A DNA stretch of 64,000 bases from Candidatus Omnitrophota bacterium. GTDB taxonomy: Bacteria; Omnitrophota; Gorgyraeia; JABMQH01. Numbering within the stretch: the stretch's first letter is position 1; every line of letters begins with the position of its first letter. Location of the stretch: assembly GCA_028715645.1 (NCBI GenBank), contig JAQURK010000001.1, positions 17,806 to 81,805 on the forward strand, in the 5' to 3' direction. The notes under the pieces are model-generated. The model saw only the letters and a list, made by a program, of their open reading frames with translations. It made no database searches and was not told where the DNA came from. Position numbers and translations under genes: made by a program. Below are positions 50,217 to 59,989 of this stretch, piece by piece.

Positions 50217-51205
50217 ATCTGCGGCGGTTCAGGATTGGGATCCAAAAGCCCCTGCCGCATCTTTACCAGGGTCGGATGGTTAAAGATCTCTTCAGGGGCG
50301 TTTTCAAATAGATTGCTGTTTGGACCCTCCAATATCATGTCAGTGCCGCAACAAACTGCCATCTTCCCGGACATATCACAGCTGATACGCTGCCATAATT
50401 GCGGACAGCGTTTTTTTGCCCCCTTGGCCTTAACTACTGCTGGCCAAAGGCAAAAACCTGGTAAGGCCTCATTTATCCGACGTTGCAATTCAATATATGC
50501 AGGGCTGTTATCAGGGATAATCTCTTCCGGCTTGGGTTTTATGCCCACCGGCCGATACATAAAGAACCTTAAAGAAAGGCATCCCGCATCACGAAGGAAA
50601 CGCGCCGTATTAAGCAGGCCCTCTGGAAACTTCTCCACCATGGTTCGCAATAACACAATGCTTGCATGCACGGGAAAAACTCGATTAATCTCTGGTAGGT
50701 CTCCTTCTATGTCGGATTGGTTCGTATCGTAGATAGATACGTTGATCCGTGAAACGCCAGCCTGCCTTAGCTCAGCAATACGCTGGGCCAACAACAAACC
50801 ATTCGTAGAAATATTGGTGATATGCCCGCGTTCTGTCAAATAAGCGATAATACAGCCTAAATCTTCAACCAGAAGCGGTTCCCCGCCCAAGAGATCAACC
50901 AACAGGCAATTTGCGAATAACGGATTTGCGAAAATGCACTTTACTTTCTCAAGGGTGGCCTCTCTTTCCCATAAATCTGCTTTGCCTTCATGTGATATTC
51001 TGGCCACACTGCAATAACCGCAATCAAGGTTACACCTTAAAGTAACCAACATTGCGCCAATTTGTGGAGTATAGCGGCGGATGGGTATTACCGACTCGCG
51101 TTTTAGGCAACGGTATTTTAGGTAATTCCAAAGCTTGGGGGCCGCCTTTAATGGCCGGACCTTTTTTAGCATCTCAGTGCGATACGAAAGATACGACATC
51201 TTCAT
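50177..51205 (-). CDS. Radical SAM enzyme with SPASM-like C-terminal Cys cluster
   Basis: LRCNLDCGYC (CxxxCxxC). C-terminal CPQLW...CDMSGKMAVCCG...CKTC. Confidence 0.8.
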   Translation of the reverse strand: MKMSYLSYRTEMLKKVRPLKAAPKLWNYLKYRCLKRESVIPIRRYTPQIGAMLVTLRCNLDCGYCSVARISHEGKADLWEREATLEKVKCIFANPLFANCLLVDLLGGEPLLVEDLGCIIAYLTERGHITNISTNGLLLAQRIAELRQAGVSRINVSIYDTNQSDIEGDLPEINRVFPVHASIVLLRTMVEKFPEGLLNTARFLRDAGCLSLRFFMYRPVGIKPKPEEIIPDNSPAYIELQRRINEALPGFCLWPAVVKAKGAKKRCPQLWQRISCDMSGKMAVCCGTDMILEGPNSNLFENAPEEIFNHPTLVKMRQGLLDPNPEPPQICKTCNLLEEPGW

Positions 51206-52138
51206 TTAAAAATTTATACGCTCTTTTTCAATAACCATCGGCCTCTTTAAAACCTGGGTATGTATCGAGCCTACATATTCGCCGATTATCCCTATAAATA
51301 CCATTTGCATAGAAGCAAAAAAGAAAAAGCCGATAACTAACGGGGCGATCCCGAGAGAAAACCTGTTCCAGAATAAAAGTTTATATACAAGATATCCCAG
51401 GGCCACCAGGAAGCATAATAAAGCTGAAAAAAATCCCAGCATGGTAGCGAGACGAAGGGGTATCTTGGAATGGCTGGTGATACCCAGCATTGCGTAATCA
51501 TAAAGAATATAGAAATTATTCTTTGTAATTCCCCACTTGCGTTTGGGTTGTATATACGGTATTTCGGCGCGCTCAAAACCTATTTCACAGATGAGGCCGC
51601 GAAAATACGGCAGCGGATCATCGAGTTTGCGTATAATCTTAATTACCTCCTGATCGTACAAGCCGAATCCTGTGAAATTTTTGATAAGCTTGATGTCGGA
51701 TAGGCCGCCGATAAGGTTGTAATAGGCGTTCTTAAAAATATTCAGTATAGGGGATTCTTGACTTTGGATCCTCACACCCACTACAATCCTGTAACCTTCC
51801 TCCCATTTTTTTATGAAGTCTACTATCATCTCTGGGGGTTGTTGCATATCTGACACTATGCTTATAACAGCGTCTCCCTGGGCCTGTAACATCGCATAAA
51901 CAGGTGATCTCAGCTGGCCGAAATTTCTGGTATTTAATATCACCTTTATATTTCTATCCTGCCTTGCGATATCTCTTAATATTTCCTGAGTCCTGTCTCT
52001 GGAATCATTATCAATAAAGATATGTTCGTAACTATATCCCTTAAGATCCGAAAAAATATTCTTTATCCGGCTATAGATTTCCTGTATGTTGCCTTCTTCA
52101 TTATAACATTGCGTAACAACACTAATATGCTTCACCAT
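51206..52138 (-). CDS. GT2 polyprenyl-phosphate glycosyltransferase (GtrB/ArnC-like)
   Basis: ISVVTQCYNEEGNI...IFIDNDSRDRT and two C-terminal TM helices. Confidence 0.8.
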   Translation of the reverse strand: MVKHISVVTQCYNEEGNIQEIYSRIKNIFSDLKGYSYEHIFIDNDSRDRTQEILRDIARQDRNIKVILNTRNFGQLRSPVYAMLQAQGDAVISIVSDMQQPPEMIVDFIKKWEEGYRIVVGVRIQSQESPILNIFKNAYYNLIGGLSDIKLIKNFTGFGLYDQEVIKIIRKLDDPLPYFRGLICEIGFERAEIPYIQPKRKWGITKNNFYILYDYAMLGITSHSKIPLRLATMLGFFSALLCFLVALGYLVYKLLFWNRFSLGIAPLVIGFFFFASMQMVFIGIIGEYVGSIHTQVLKRPMVIEKERINF

Positions 52139-53118
52139 TTTCTCCTCTCAGCTTGTATTTCGCTTGTCTTCCCTTCTCCATTCTCATCGTCTTTTATGAA
52201 ATATTTTTTGCGTAACTCTTTTGCGTAGTTCAAGTAAAGATCTTCTTTAATGGCATTGACGTCTAGGGTATTTTTAATTTTTTTATAGTGACCAGATAAA
52301 TCGGCTATCGCCCTCTCATATGTAGTAAATTGGAACTTTCCTATTTCAGAAATAAGCCTTTTGTTGTCCCCCGAATACTCAACTCCGACTCCTGGATTTA
52401 ATACTCTTATTTCACATTTATGGTCGCTTACTTTATTAACCAGGCCAGCGATTGTCAGCAAATCAATCGATTCTGTCGGGGTGATATTAAAAATTTTTTC
52501 CTTCGTTTTATTGTTTACAAAGTATACAACTATCTTATAAAGGTCATTACTATATAAATAATCATAAATAACATTTTGATTGATGACTATAGGCATACCA
52601 AGTAGATTTTTCACTATTGAGTTAGATATAAATTTATAACGATAATTCTCGTCTTTCCCGAATATACCAAATATTCTAAAACAAATTAAATTTTCGCTGT
52701 TTGTGTCTTGAATATATTTTGAAATCAAGTATTTTGAATAACTATGGCTATCTTCGGGAATGTATTTGCCAAAATATTCTTCGGACATCTTTTTGTACCA
52801 ATGGCTCCTTGAATACTCTGAACCGCTGCCTAAATTTATCATTTTCATGGAAGGCGTCATATGTCTTTCTATATTAAAAAACATGCGTAAATTATTTTCA
52901 CATGTATTTACGGGGTAAGACGTACCATTTCTTGATGTTGTTGCACAATGTATAATAGTTTCAATATGGTTTTTTTTAAAATATTTGCCTACCTCATTGG
53001 GGTTTGTCAGATCTAGCTCATCTTTAGATGGAGATAATACTGAATATTTGTCTTTTAAAAATAACTCCACTAAATTGCGACCGACAAAACCTCCCGATCC
53101 AGTTATTAAAATACTCAT
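52132..53118 (-). CDS. NAD-dependent epimerase/dehydratase (SDR)
   Basis: MSILITGSGGFVGRNL and YLISKY catalytic motif. Confidence 0.7.
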   Translation of the reverse strand: MSILITGSGGFVGRNLVELFLKDKYSVLSPSKDELDLTNPNEVGKYFKKNHIETIIHCATTSRNGTSYPVNTCENNLRMFFNIERHMTPSMKMINLGSGSEYSRSHWYKKMSEEYFGKYIPEDSHSYSKYLISKYIQDTNSENLICFRIFGIFGKDENYRYKFISNSIVKNLLGMPIVINQNVIYDYLYSNDLYKIVVYFVNNKTKEKIFNITPTESIDLLTIAGLVNKVSDHKCEIRVLNPGVGVEYSGDNKRLISEIGKFQFTTYERAIADLSGHYKKIKNTLDVNAIKEDLYLNYAKELRKKYFIKDDENGEGKTSEIQAERRKW

Positions 53119-53138
53119 AAATACCTATACCTCTTTAG

Positions 53139-54179
53139 TTAAAACCAGTTAATTTTTTTCCAATCAGCAGGATACGCATCTGACCTATCTACTTGAGGCA
53201 AGATATTCTGGTAAAAGAAAGTGTCTCTATTCCCGCACTGACAACTATACTTATTATCATAAGAAAACCACTTCGTACCCAATCCACGTTTTACTATCGT
53301 TTCCAAATCCTCACTAAAAATATTACCGATTGTAATTGGAATCCAAGGACATGGTAACACATCGCCATACGCTGTAATAGAAAAATGTCTCTTCATGCAA
53401 AGACATCCAAATTGGTGACCACAATTTGGAGATAGATGTGTTGAAATATTGTATTTTCCTTGCAAAGATTGGATATATTCAATATCTTTTGAATCGCATA
53501 TTTCGTCCTTATATTCTTCAAATGCTCCCGTGGGCTTTGCATGAATAATGCTTGCATGCTCTCCAAATTGAGCAATATAATCCAATTGCTTAATTAATTC
53601 TCCGCTATTTATCAGGCTTTTAGTGGCGACAATGTTAATAATGACTCCCAGTCCATATTTATTACAATACTTCAAGGCTTCAATACATCTTTTCCATGAT
53701 CCTTTTACCCCCCTAAACATGTTGTGGTTATATTCAAGGCCATCAATACTTAAATGAATTCTGTCAATACCTATTTCCACCAACCATTTTATCTTCTCTT
53801 CACTTAATAACCATCCATTTGTATCCATACTAATAACAAATCTACTGGGGCCTATCGCATCAACGACATCCTTCAGATCCGGAAAAATTAAAGGTTCTCC
53901 TCCAGAAATACAAATACTTGCCAAACCCATTGCATCAGCTTGATCTGCAATTCGTTTAACGTCTGCGATAGATAAAAGCCTGCCATTTTTTTTCTTGAAT
54001 TTTTCAATAGCGCAATGCTTGCATTTAAAATTGCAATCATATTTATATTGTAGCTGAATTAAAGCAACGCATTCTTTATTTTTTATCTTTTCTGGGTGTT
54101 TAATTATTTTTTCATATGCCAATGACTTTTTTTCCTGCAATTTCACTCTGTTCTTTTTTTCTCTATCTGTCATTTCCAT
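53139..54179 (-). CDS. Radical SAM enzyme (SPASM/twitch-like)
   Basis: CNFKCKHC (CxxxCxxC). C-terminal Cys-rich region (CGHQFGCLC...CPW...CQCG). Confidence 0.8.
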   Translation of the reverse strand: MEMTDREKKNRVKLQEKKSLAYEKIIKHPEKIKNKECVALIQLQYKYDCNFKCKHCAIEKFKKKNGRLLSIADVKRIADQADAMGLASICISGGEPLIFPDLKDVVDAIGPSRFVISMDTNGWLLSEEKIKWLVEIGIDRIHLSIDGLEYNHNMFRGVKGSWKRCIEALKYCNKYGLGVIINIVATKSLINSGELIKQLDYIAQFGEHASIIHAKPTGAFEEYKDEICDSKDIEYIQSLQGKYNISTHLSPNCGHQFGCLCMKRHFSITAYGDVLPCPWIPITIGNIFSEDLETIVKRGLGTKWFSYDNKYSCQCGNRDTFFYQNILPQVDRSDAYPADWKKINWF

Positions 54180-54183
54180 TTTT

Positions 54184-55329
54184 CTATCCCCCTTTTATAA
54201 ACTCAATTTTATTTCCCTGCAGCACCGCAATATTTACACCAGCATTCATCTGCATCAGTGTTTTCAACACTTCACCTGGATAAAGTCCCGGCACCATGAC
54301 TATCACTAAATCTACTTTCCTTTCCTTCAAATACTCCGGAGCTACTATATTCAAATGTAAAATAGGAGTAACCCTTCCCTGCTTAAACTTTGCCGAGTCG
54401 ATTATATATTCAATATTTTTTAACTTGCTTAATGCTAACAATGCAAGCGTCCTATGGCCCGCACCCCAGACGGCTACTTTTTTATTTTGTGATTTGTAGT
54501 CACTAACAACCTGCTGTAAATTTTTAATAAGTTTTTCCACTTCACTAAAATCTCTGGAAATATCTAAAACTTGCCTCTTTTTCACTATGAGCGCGATATC
54601 ATTATCCTCATTAATTGTATAGCACTCCAATACCTCAAAGCCATTCATTTCAAAAGCATGGGTTAATGTCGTTTTAGTGAAATATGAAAGGTGGTCAGCG
54701 ACAAATTCATTAAAACATTTTGTTTTTAACAAATAATCCAAATTGGGAACACTTACAAACCCTGCGGCGGCGGCGGATGCATTGTTATATATCGTTCCGA
54801 TAATATGTCCGGGATCGGGCAAATGTTCCAGGTAATTTAATAAAACAAAGGCGCCAAATGGATGGCCTGGTATTTTATCCATGTCTCCAATATAACCTTT
54901 AATCATTTTTCTACCGGCGGATTTCCCAATCGCGACCGATTCAGACGAGGCCTCGATCCCAACTGCCTTTAAACCCGCCTCTTCCAAGACGTCCAGCATG
55001 TGGCCCTCGCCGCTGCCGACCTCTATAACCTTTTTTCCCTTTAACCCGAATTTATTAACAAACCCCTGTATTTGCGAAAGCCTGGCCATCCTTGTCTTAG
55101 GGGAGAACGACGCGGCAGTAATTACTTTTTTAAAATATTCTACAGGCCTGGTATTTATCTGAACTAGACCGCAGGCAGAACATTGGTATATGTTCAAGGT
55201 TATCCCTTTATCCTTTTTAAATTCATTTTTTTTCGGAAAATATTGGGCGGCCTTTGGCATTCCGTTTAATCGCAATAATGGGCGCGGAAACAAGCCGCGG
55301 CCGCATAAGCGGCATCTATTAGGATTCAT
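54184..55329 (-). CDS. SAM-dependent sugar C-methyltransferase (TylC3-like) with N-terminal zinc ribbon
   Basis: CRLCGRGL...CSACG zinc ribbon. VIEVGSGEGHMLD SAM motif. C-methyltransferase-type C-terminal domain. Confidence 0.8.
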   Translation of the reverse strand: MNPNRCRLCGRGLFPRPLLRLNGMPKAAQYFPKKNEFKKDKGITLNIYQCSACGLVQINTRPVEYFKKVITAASFSPKTRMARLSQIQGFVNKFGLKGKKVIEVGSGEGHMLDVLEEAGLKAVGIEASSESVAIGKSAGRKMIKGYIGDMDKIPGHPFGAFVLLNYLEHLPDPGHIIGTIYNNASAAAAGFVSVPNLDYLLKTKCFNEFVADHLSYFTKTTLTHAFEMNGFEVLECYTINEDNDIALIVKKRQVLDISRDFSEVEKLIKNLQQVVSDYKSQNKKVAVWGAGHRTLALLALSKLKNIEYIIDSAKFKQGRVTPILHLNIVAPEYLKERKVDLVIVMVPGLYPGEVLKTLMQMNAGVNIAVLQGNKIEFIKGG

Positions 55330-55353
55330 GACAAACTCCGGTTTTTCTTATTT

Positions 55354-56136
55354 TCAGACATCAAGTCTTTTCTCAAGCATTGCGATTCTCTTTTCGTCTT
55401 CGTTTGTGACGCGGTGATAGTACCGCCTTTTACTCTTTAGCCAAAGAAGCTCAAATTTTATGCCTAAGGGAAGCCCCTTCGAGATATTCTTAATCGCGTT
55501 TTTATGATAGACCAATTTCCGCGTTTCAAATTTACCTAAAAGATTTTCTGATATAATGGTCTCTATAAAGGGTACGCTCTCAATCGAAATGGCCCCGCCA
55601 AGCGCGGTCTTTAAGCCCTTTTCCTTCGCCTTCTGAAAAACATCAAGACAGTATTTTAACATCTCATCGCTGTTCACAAAATTCCTGTCGGCGCCGAGGG
55701 AAGCGGTAAAGTCTACCCTTCCCACGGTTATACCGCTCAACAGGCCTATCTTATCTACATTCAATATCTCGTCTATATTACGGTATGCCGTAATCGTTTC
55801 AATATTAACTGCAAACTCGATATCCTTCTGATTATCTTCGGGCACAAAGGTGTCAATCGCGCTTAAAAATTTACTCACGGCAAAAGCGGTTTCAGCCATC
55901 GGGGCGATAATCCCCCTCGCCCCTAGTGAGAGGGCCTCGTATATGTCGGTTACGGCCTCCACCCCGCCAATTTTCAGGATTAAAGGCAATTGCGCCATAT
56001 TCGCTACGTCCTTTAATCTCATCAACTCGACCAGCCGGCTGCCTTCATTTTCATATTCCGCCTTGATCTCAAAAACGCCGTACTCATTTTTTAATTTTTT
56101 CAACAATTCGATCATTTCATATTCCAAAACATTCAT
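55354..56136 (-). CDS. HpcH/HpaI aldolase / citrate-lyase beta-like protein
   Basis: TIM-barrel aldolase motifs (GARGIIAPMAET...). Associated with the downstream TPP enzyme. Confidence 0.7.
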   Translation of the reverse strand: MNVLEYEMIELLKKLKNEYGVFEIKAEYENEGSRLVELMRLKDVANMAQLPLILKIGGVEAVTDIYEALSLGARGIIAPMAETAFAVSKFLSAIDTFVPEDNQKDIEFAVNIETITAYRNIDEILNVDKIGLLSGITVGRVDFTASLGADRNFVNSDEMLKYCLDVFQKAKEKGLKTALGGAISIESVPFIETIISENLLGKFETRKLVYHKNAIKNISKGLPLGIKFELLWLKSKRRYYHRVTNEDEKRIAMLEKRLDV

Positions 56137-56918
56137 TTCCCCTCCTTAAGATATTGCAGTAATTTATGAAGATTTTCAATAATAAGAACATCCCGCTTTA
56201 AAACACTGCCTTTTAGGCCGATTAAAATTGCCTTACTGTTATAGTTCAAGGCCATTACAATATCGCTTTCATATGAATCACCCACTACCATAATCTCATG
56301 GGGTTTAACTCCAAAGGTTTTTGAAATCCTGGATAAAATATATGTGTTCGGTTTTCCAACAATAAAATCCGGTCTTCTATTTGCGGATGCGGCTATTGCC
56401 CCTACCATCGCGCCGCAGCCGGGCATATATTTGTTTTTTTCGACCGGGAAAAAATTATCTTCATTGCACGCAATAAACCTGCCCCCTTTCAATAAGACCG
56501 AGAGGGCGGTTGCTATCTTTTTATAATTAAAATCAAGGTCAAGGCCGACAACAAGGTTTCGCGCCGAAGCATTATCCATAATCCTGAGGCCGCTGTTTTT
56601 AATTTCCCTGCGAAGGCCACGAGAACCAACCACATACAAATTATCTATTCCTGACTCGTTAAGATAAAAGGCCGTCAGGGCAGAAGAGGTATAGAGTTCG
56701 CTCAGTCCGCACTTAATCCCCAGCCTGTTTAATTTTTCGCTCACTTCTCTTTTTGTCCTCGAGGAGTTGTTTGTGAAAAATACAACCTTATACCTTTTTC
56801 TTAAATAATCAACAAGTTCGATTGCGCCTGTAATAACGTCTCCTCCCATATAGAGGGTGCCGTCCAAGTCAAGCGCAAACAGCTTTATCTTCCCGGCGCA
56901 TTCAAACCTTTTCCGCAT
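56133..56918 (-). CDS. HAD-superfamily hydrolase, subfamily IIA
   Basis: FALDLDGTLY motif I, FFTNNSSR, and a C-terminal GD motif. Confidence 0.8.
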   Translation of the reverse strand: MRKRFECAGKIKLFALDLDGTLYMGGDVITGAIELVDYLRKRYKVVFFTNNSSRTKREVSEKLNRLGIKCGLSELYTSSALTAFYLNESGIDNLYVVGSRGLRREIKNSGLRIMDNASARNLVVGLDLDFNYKKIATALSVLLKGGRFIACNEDNFFPVEKNKYMPGCGAMVGAIAASANRRPDFIVGKPNTYILSRISKTFGVKPHEIMVVGDSYESDIVMALNYNSKAILIGLKGSVLKRDVLIIENLHKLLQYLKEGK

Positions 56919-58707
56919 CCGTATCCTTTTTGATCATATTTAAATAAAATTCATCCCGCGCAAGAAGGGGGGAAAGATCTTCCAACGGCCTTGATATGAT
57001 TCGCCCGTCCGCCATTTTTTCCGACGACAATTTGGGGGCAAAGACATAATCCTTATTCAAAATAACTTCGCAGATCAATCCTGTCCGGCAAGACAAAATA
57101 TCCTTAATTACCATTCCCATCCTAGCGGTGGAATTTATTCTAAAATAATTTAAGCCGTATAAATCCGCGACCTTGGAGAAATCCGGAAATGAGACACCCG
57201 ATTCCTTATTACAGCCTATAAATTTCTTATTAAAAAATTCTGTTTGAGTCAGCTCAATTGAGCGGTAGCCTTGATTATTTAAAATAAATATTTTTATCGG
57301 CAGATTATAGTGCCTTATGGTCTGAAATTCCTGAATATTCATCTGAATGCTGCCGTCGCCTGCGATACAAACTATGTCCTTATTCCCCGCCAGGGCGGCG
57401 CCGATGGAAGCGGGCAAATCATACCCCATCGAGGCGCAGCCGGAATTCCAAAAAATACGCTGCCCTGTCTTGACAATGCCTGCTTGAAACAGGCCAACAC
57501 ACGCGGTTCCGTTTCCGGCGATGATAATAGCATCATCATCCAGAGCGGCCGTCAATTCTTCAACAAAATGGTAGGGGTGAACGGACGATTCGCTTTGGGT
57601 TTTGTATTCATCCAAAACAACAGGATATCTTTTCTTAAGGCTGCGGCACCGTTCAAGCCATGATTTATCAATTTTGAGACCTTTTTGGATTCTTTCCAAT
57701 AACATGGTTATAAAAACCTTTGCGTCAGAATGAACCAGTAGGTCGCCTTTTAATGTTTTTTTACGCAGCTCCGCTTCGTCAATATCAATGACTATTTTCA
57801 TTGCGCGACTGGCAAATGAGGCCCAGTTGTAGCTGACCTGCCTGATATTATTTCTGGTTCCAAGGCATATAACAAGGTCCGCGTTTTGAAGGGCAAAATT
57901 TCCTGCGCGGCTTCCGAGCGTCCCTATCCTGCCGATAAAATTATCTGAATTGGAGGCGATTAAATCGAATCCATTAAATGTGGTGACGACGGGGATGTCC
58001 AATAACTCAACCAGTTTCAAAAACTCTTTTTTGGCCTTTGCAATCCTGATACCATGTCCGGCAATGAATAGCGGCCGTTTGGCCTTTTTAAGCTCTTTAA
58101 TAACAACCGCCATGACTCCGTCTTCTGCCGCCTGCGGAATATAATTCATTTTATCGCCCTGAAGATTCCGTTCATCAATCAACGCCCCTTGAATATTCAA
58201 TGGAATATCCAGCCATACCGGCCCCGGCCTTCCCGAGGTAGCGGTATAAATGGCCCTGTCTAATTCCATTTTTATGGCATCGGGCTCAGTCACCATCTTT
58301 GCATATTTGGTAACCGGCTTTACAATATCAATTATATTAATCTCCTGATCGCCCAATTGGCGTAAGCGGTTGCCGGGATCAGACGCGATGGTTGTTTCAT
58401 ATTTTACTTGGCCGGAAAGGTATAATACGGGGACGGAGTCAAGCCACTGCCCAACAACCCCTGTTAAGGTATTGGTTCCTCCGGGGCCAGATGTAACACT
58501 AACAACCGCCAACCCTCCCTTTGTTCTGGCATACCCTTCCGCCGCAATCGCAGCCGCCTGCTCATGGTGGGCGCACACATATTTAATTCGTTTTTCCTTT
58601 TGCAAGGCGTCATTTAGATGCATCGCGCCGCCGCCAACCACAAGAAAGACATGCCTAATCCCATAATCGGCTAAATAGTTAAAGATATAATCAGCTACCC
58701 TTATCAT
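56902..58707 (-). CDS. Thiamine-pyrophosphate enzyme, acetolactate-synthase large-subunit-like (YerE-like candidate)
   Basis: 601 aa with N-terminal TPP-Pyr, central and C-terminal TPP-PP domains (GDGS...N motif). Confidence 0.85.
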   Translation of the reverse strand: MIRVADYIFNYLADYGIRHVFLVVGGGAMHLNDALQKEKRIKYVCAHHEQAAAIAAEGYARTKGGLAVVSVTSGPGGTNTLTGVVGQWLDSVPVLYLSGQVKYETTIASDPGNRLRQLGDQEINIIDIVKPVTKYAKMVTEPDAIKMELDRAIYTATSGRPGPVWLDIPLNIQGALIDERNLQGDKMNYIPQAAEDGVMAVVIKELKKAKRPLFIAGHGIRIAKAKKEFLKLVELLDIPVVTTFNGFDLIASNSDNFIGRIGTLGSRAGNFALQNADLVICLGTRNNIRQVSYNWASFASRAMKIVIDIDEAELRKKTLKGDLLVHSDAKVFITMLLERIQKGLKIDKSWLERCRSLKKRYPVVLDEYKTQSESSVHPYHFVEELTAALDDDAIIIAGNGTACVGLFQAGIVKTGQRIFWNSGCASMGYDLPASIGAALAGNKDIVCIAGDGSIQMNIQEFQTIRHYNLPIKIFILNNQGYRSIELTQTEFFNKKFIGCNKESGVSFPDFSKVADLYGLNYFRINSTARMGMVIKDILSCRTGLICEVILNKDYVFAPKLSSEKMADGRIISRPLEDLSPLLARDEFYLNMIKKDTDAEKV

Positions 58708-58736
58708 AATTTCTTTAGAACCCCTTTAATGAAATG

Positions 58737-59231
58737 TTACAAATACTTTCTGTATATTTCATGAAATTTTAATAAATTCTCAGGGCAGGTCTTATGCCAC
58801 ATAAGGTATCCCGCGTCGCTGCTGGAAAGCTCTGTATTTTTAGGAACAAAATCTGATGTCAATGAACATTTAAACAAGATTGAAATGAAATGGCCTCTGA
58901 CGTCATGTTCTTTTAGAATTATTTGATTTATCGCAATGGGGGCGGGATCAAAATTAACGGGCGCCCCTATTTCAGCTTCAGCCACTTTTTTGACCCTTGT
59001 ATCCAGGGTTTCTTTGAATCTGACGATGCCGCCCGGCAGATGCCATCCCTTGCCCGAGTATTTGTCGTCCCTCCACGATAGGAGCGTACGCTTAAATTCA
59101 TCCTTTATCAAGAGGTCAACATTTACCAGCGGGGTCACTCGGCTTATGTAATAGAATACCTCATCGGGTAGGCCCGCCTTGGGATTCGGGCTGTGTTTTT
59201 CAATGATTGCTATGGCATCCGTAAGATTCAT
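58737..59231 (-). CDS. Nudix hydrolase, GDP-mannose mannosyl hydrolase-like
   Basis: GWHLPGGIVRFKETLDTRVKKVAEAEIG variant Nudix box. ~160 aa like Gmm/WcaH. Sits in a GDP-sugar context (gmd nearby). Confidence 0.65.
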   Translation of the reverse strand: MNLTDAIAIIEKHSPNPKAGLPDEVFYYISRVTPLVNVDLLIKDEFKRTLLSWRDDKYSGKGWHLPGGIVRFKETLDTRVKKVAEAEIGAPVNFDPAPIAINQIILKEHDVRGHFISILFKCSLTSDFVPKNTELSSSDAGYLMWHKTCPENLLKFHEIYRKYL

Positions 59232-59248
59232 AAAATACCCTCGATTGA

Positions 59249-59989
59249 TTAAAATTCTATTTTTGTATCATCTATGGCCGCAAAGGTATTCCTGAATATG
59301 GATCTTGCCTCCATCTCGGCCTTCTTTCGATCCTTCAGGGTTAAATATAAATTACTATCAAAGTGTACCAAGGCCAGCCTTTTTATCCCGGCGGCCTTTG
59401 CCATCTGTGACGCGCTTCGCGGATTCAGGTGCGGCCAGTTATTATCCTCTTTATTAGATTTATACGCGCATTCCGAAATAAGCAAGTCCGCGCCCTTAGC
59501 CAGATGATAGAGATTTTTACAAACCCCCGTATCGGTACAAAAACTGATTATTTTATTTTCCAGAGAAAAACGATATCCGTAGCAGGTAACCGGATGTCTC
59601 AGCTTTTTAAATTTAACATCTAAAGGACTGGAATTTTTTTTATTTAGCTCATGCAGTCTCAGATCCATCTTCAATTTCGCGAATGGCATCGTGTAAGGTT
59701 TATTAATAATTTGACGGAAAAACCTTTTCAGGCCAGGAGGCCCATATACATCTATCCCCTGCGGAAAACTGAATTTAGCCAGGGTATGCAAACCAATAAC
59801 ATGATCTAAATGAAAATGGCTTAAAAATAAATAAACTGGTTTTTGTCCTGTAACGTACCGGCCTATTTTATAAAATCCGCCGCCTGCATCCAGGATTATA
59901 TATTCCGTTCTTGTTTCAATAAGCACGCAGAGGGTATTGCCTGTTTTTGTATCATACCAGCCGTTTGTACCCAAAAAAATGATCTTCAT
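59249..59989 (-). CDS. MBL-fold metallo-hydrolase
   Basis: HFHLDHVIGL (HxHxDH) motif. Confidence 0.8.
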   Translation of the reverse strand: MKIIFLGTNGWYDTKTGNTLCVLIETRTEYIILDAGGGFYKIGRYVTGQKPVYLFLSHFHLDHVIGLHTLAKFSFPQGIDVYGPPGLKRFFRQIINKPYTMPFAKLKMDLRLHELNKKNSSPLDVKFKKLRHPVTCYGYRFSLENKIISFCTDTGVCKNLYHLAKGADLLISECAYKSNKEDNNWPHLNPRSASQMAKAAGIKRLALVHFDSNLYLTLKDRKKAEMEARSIFRNTFAAIDDTKIEF

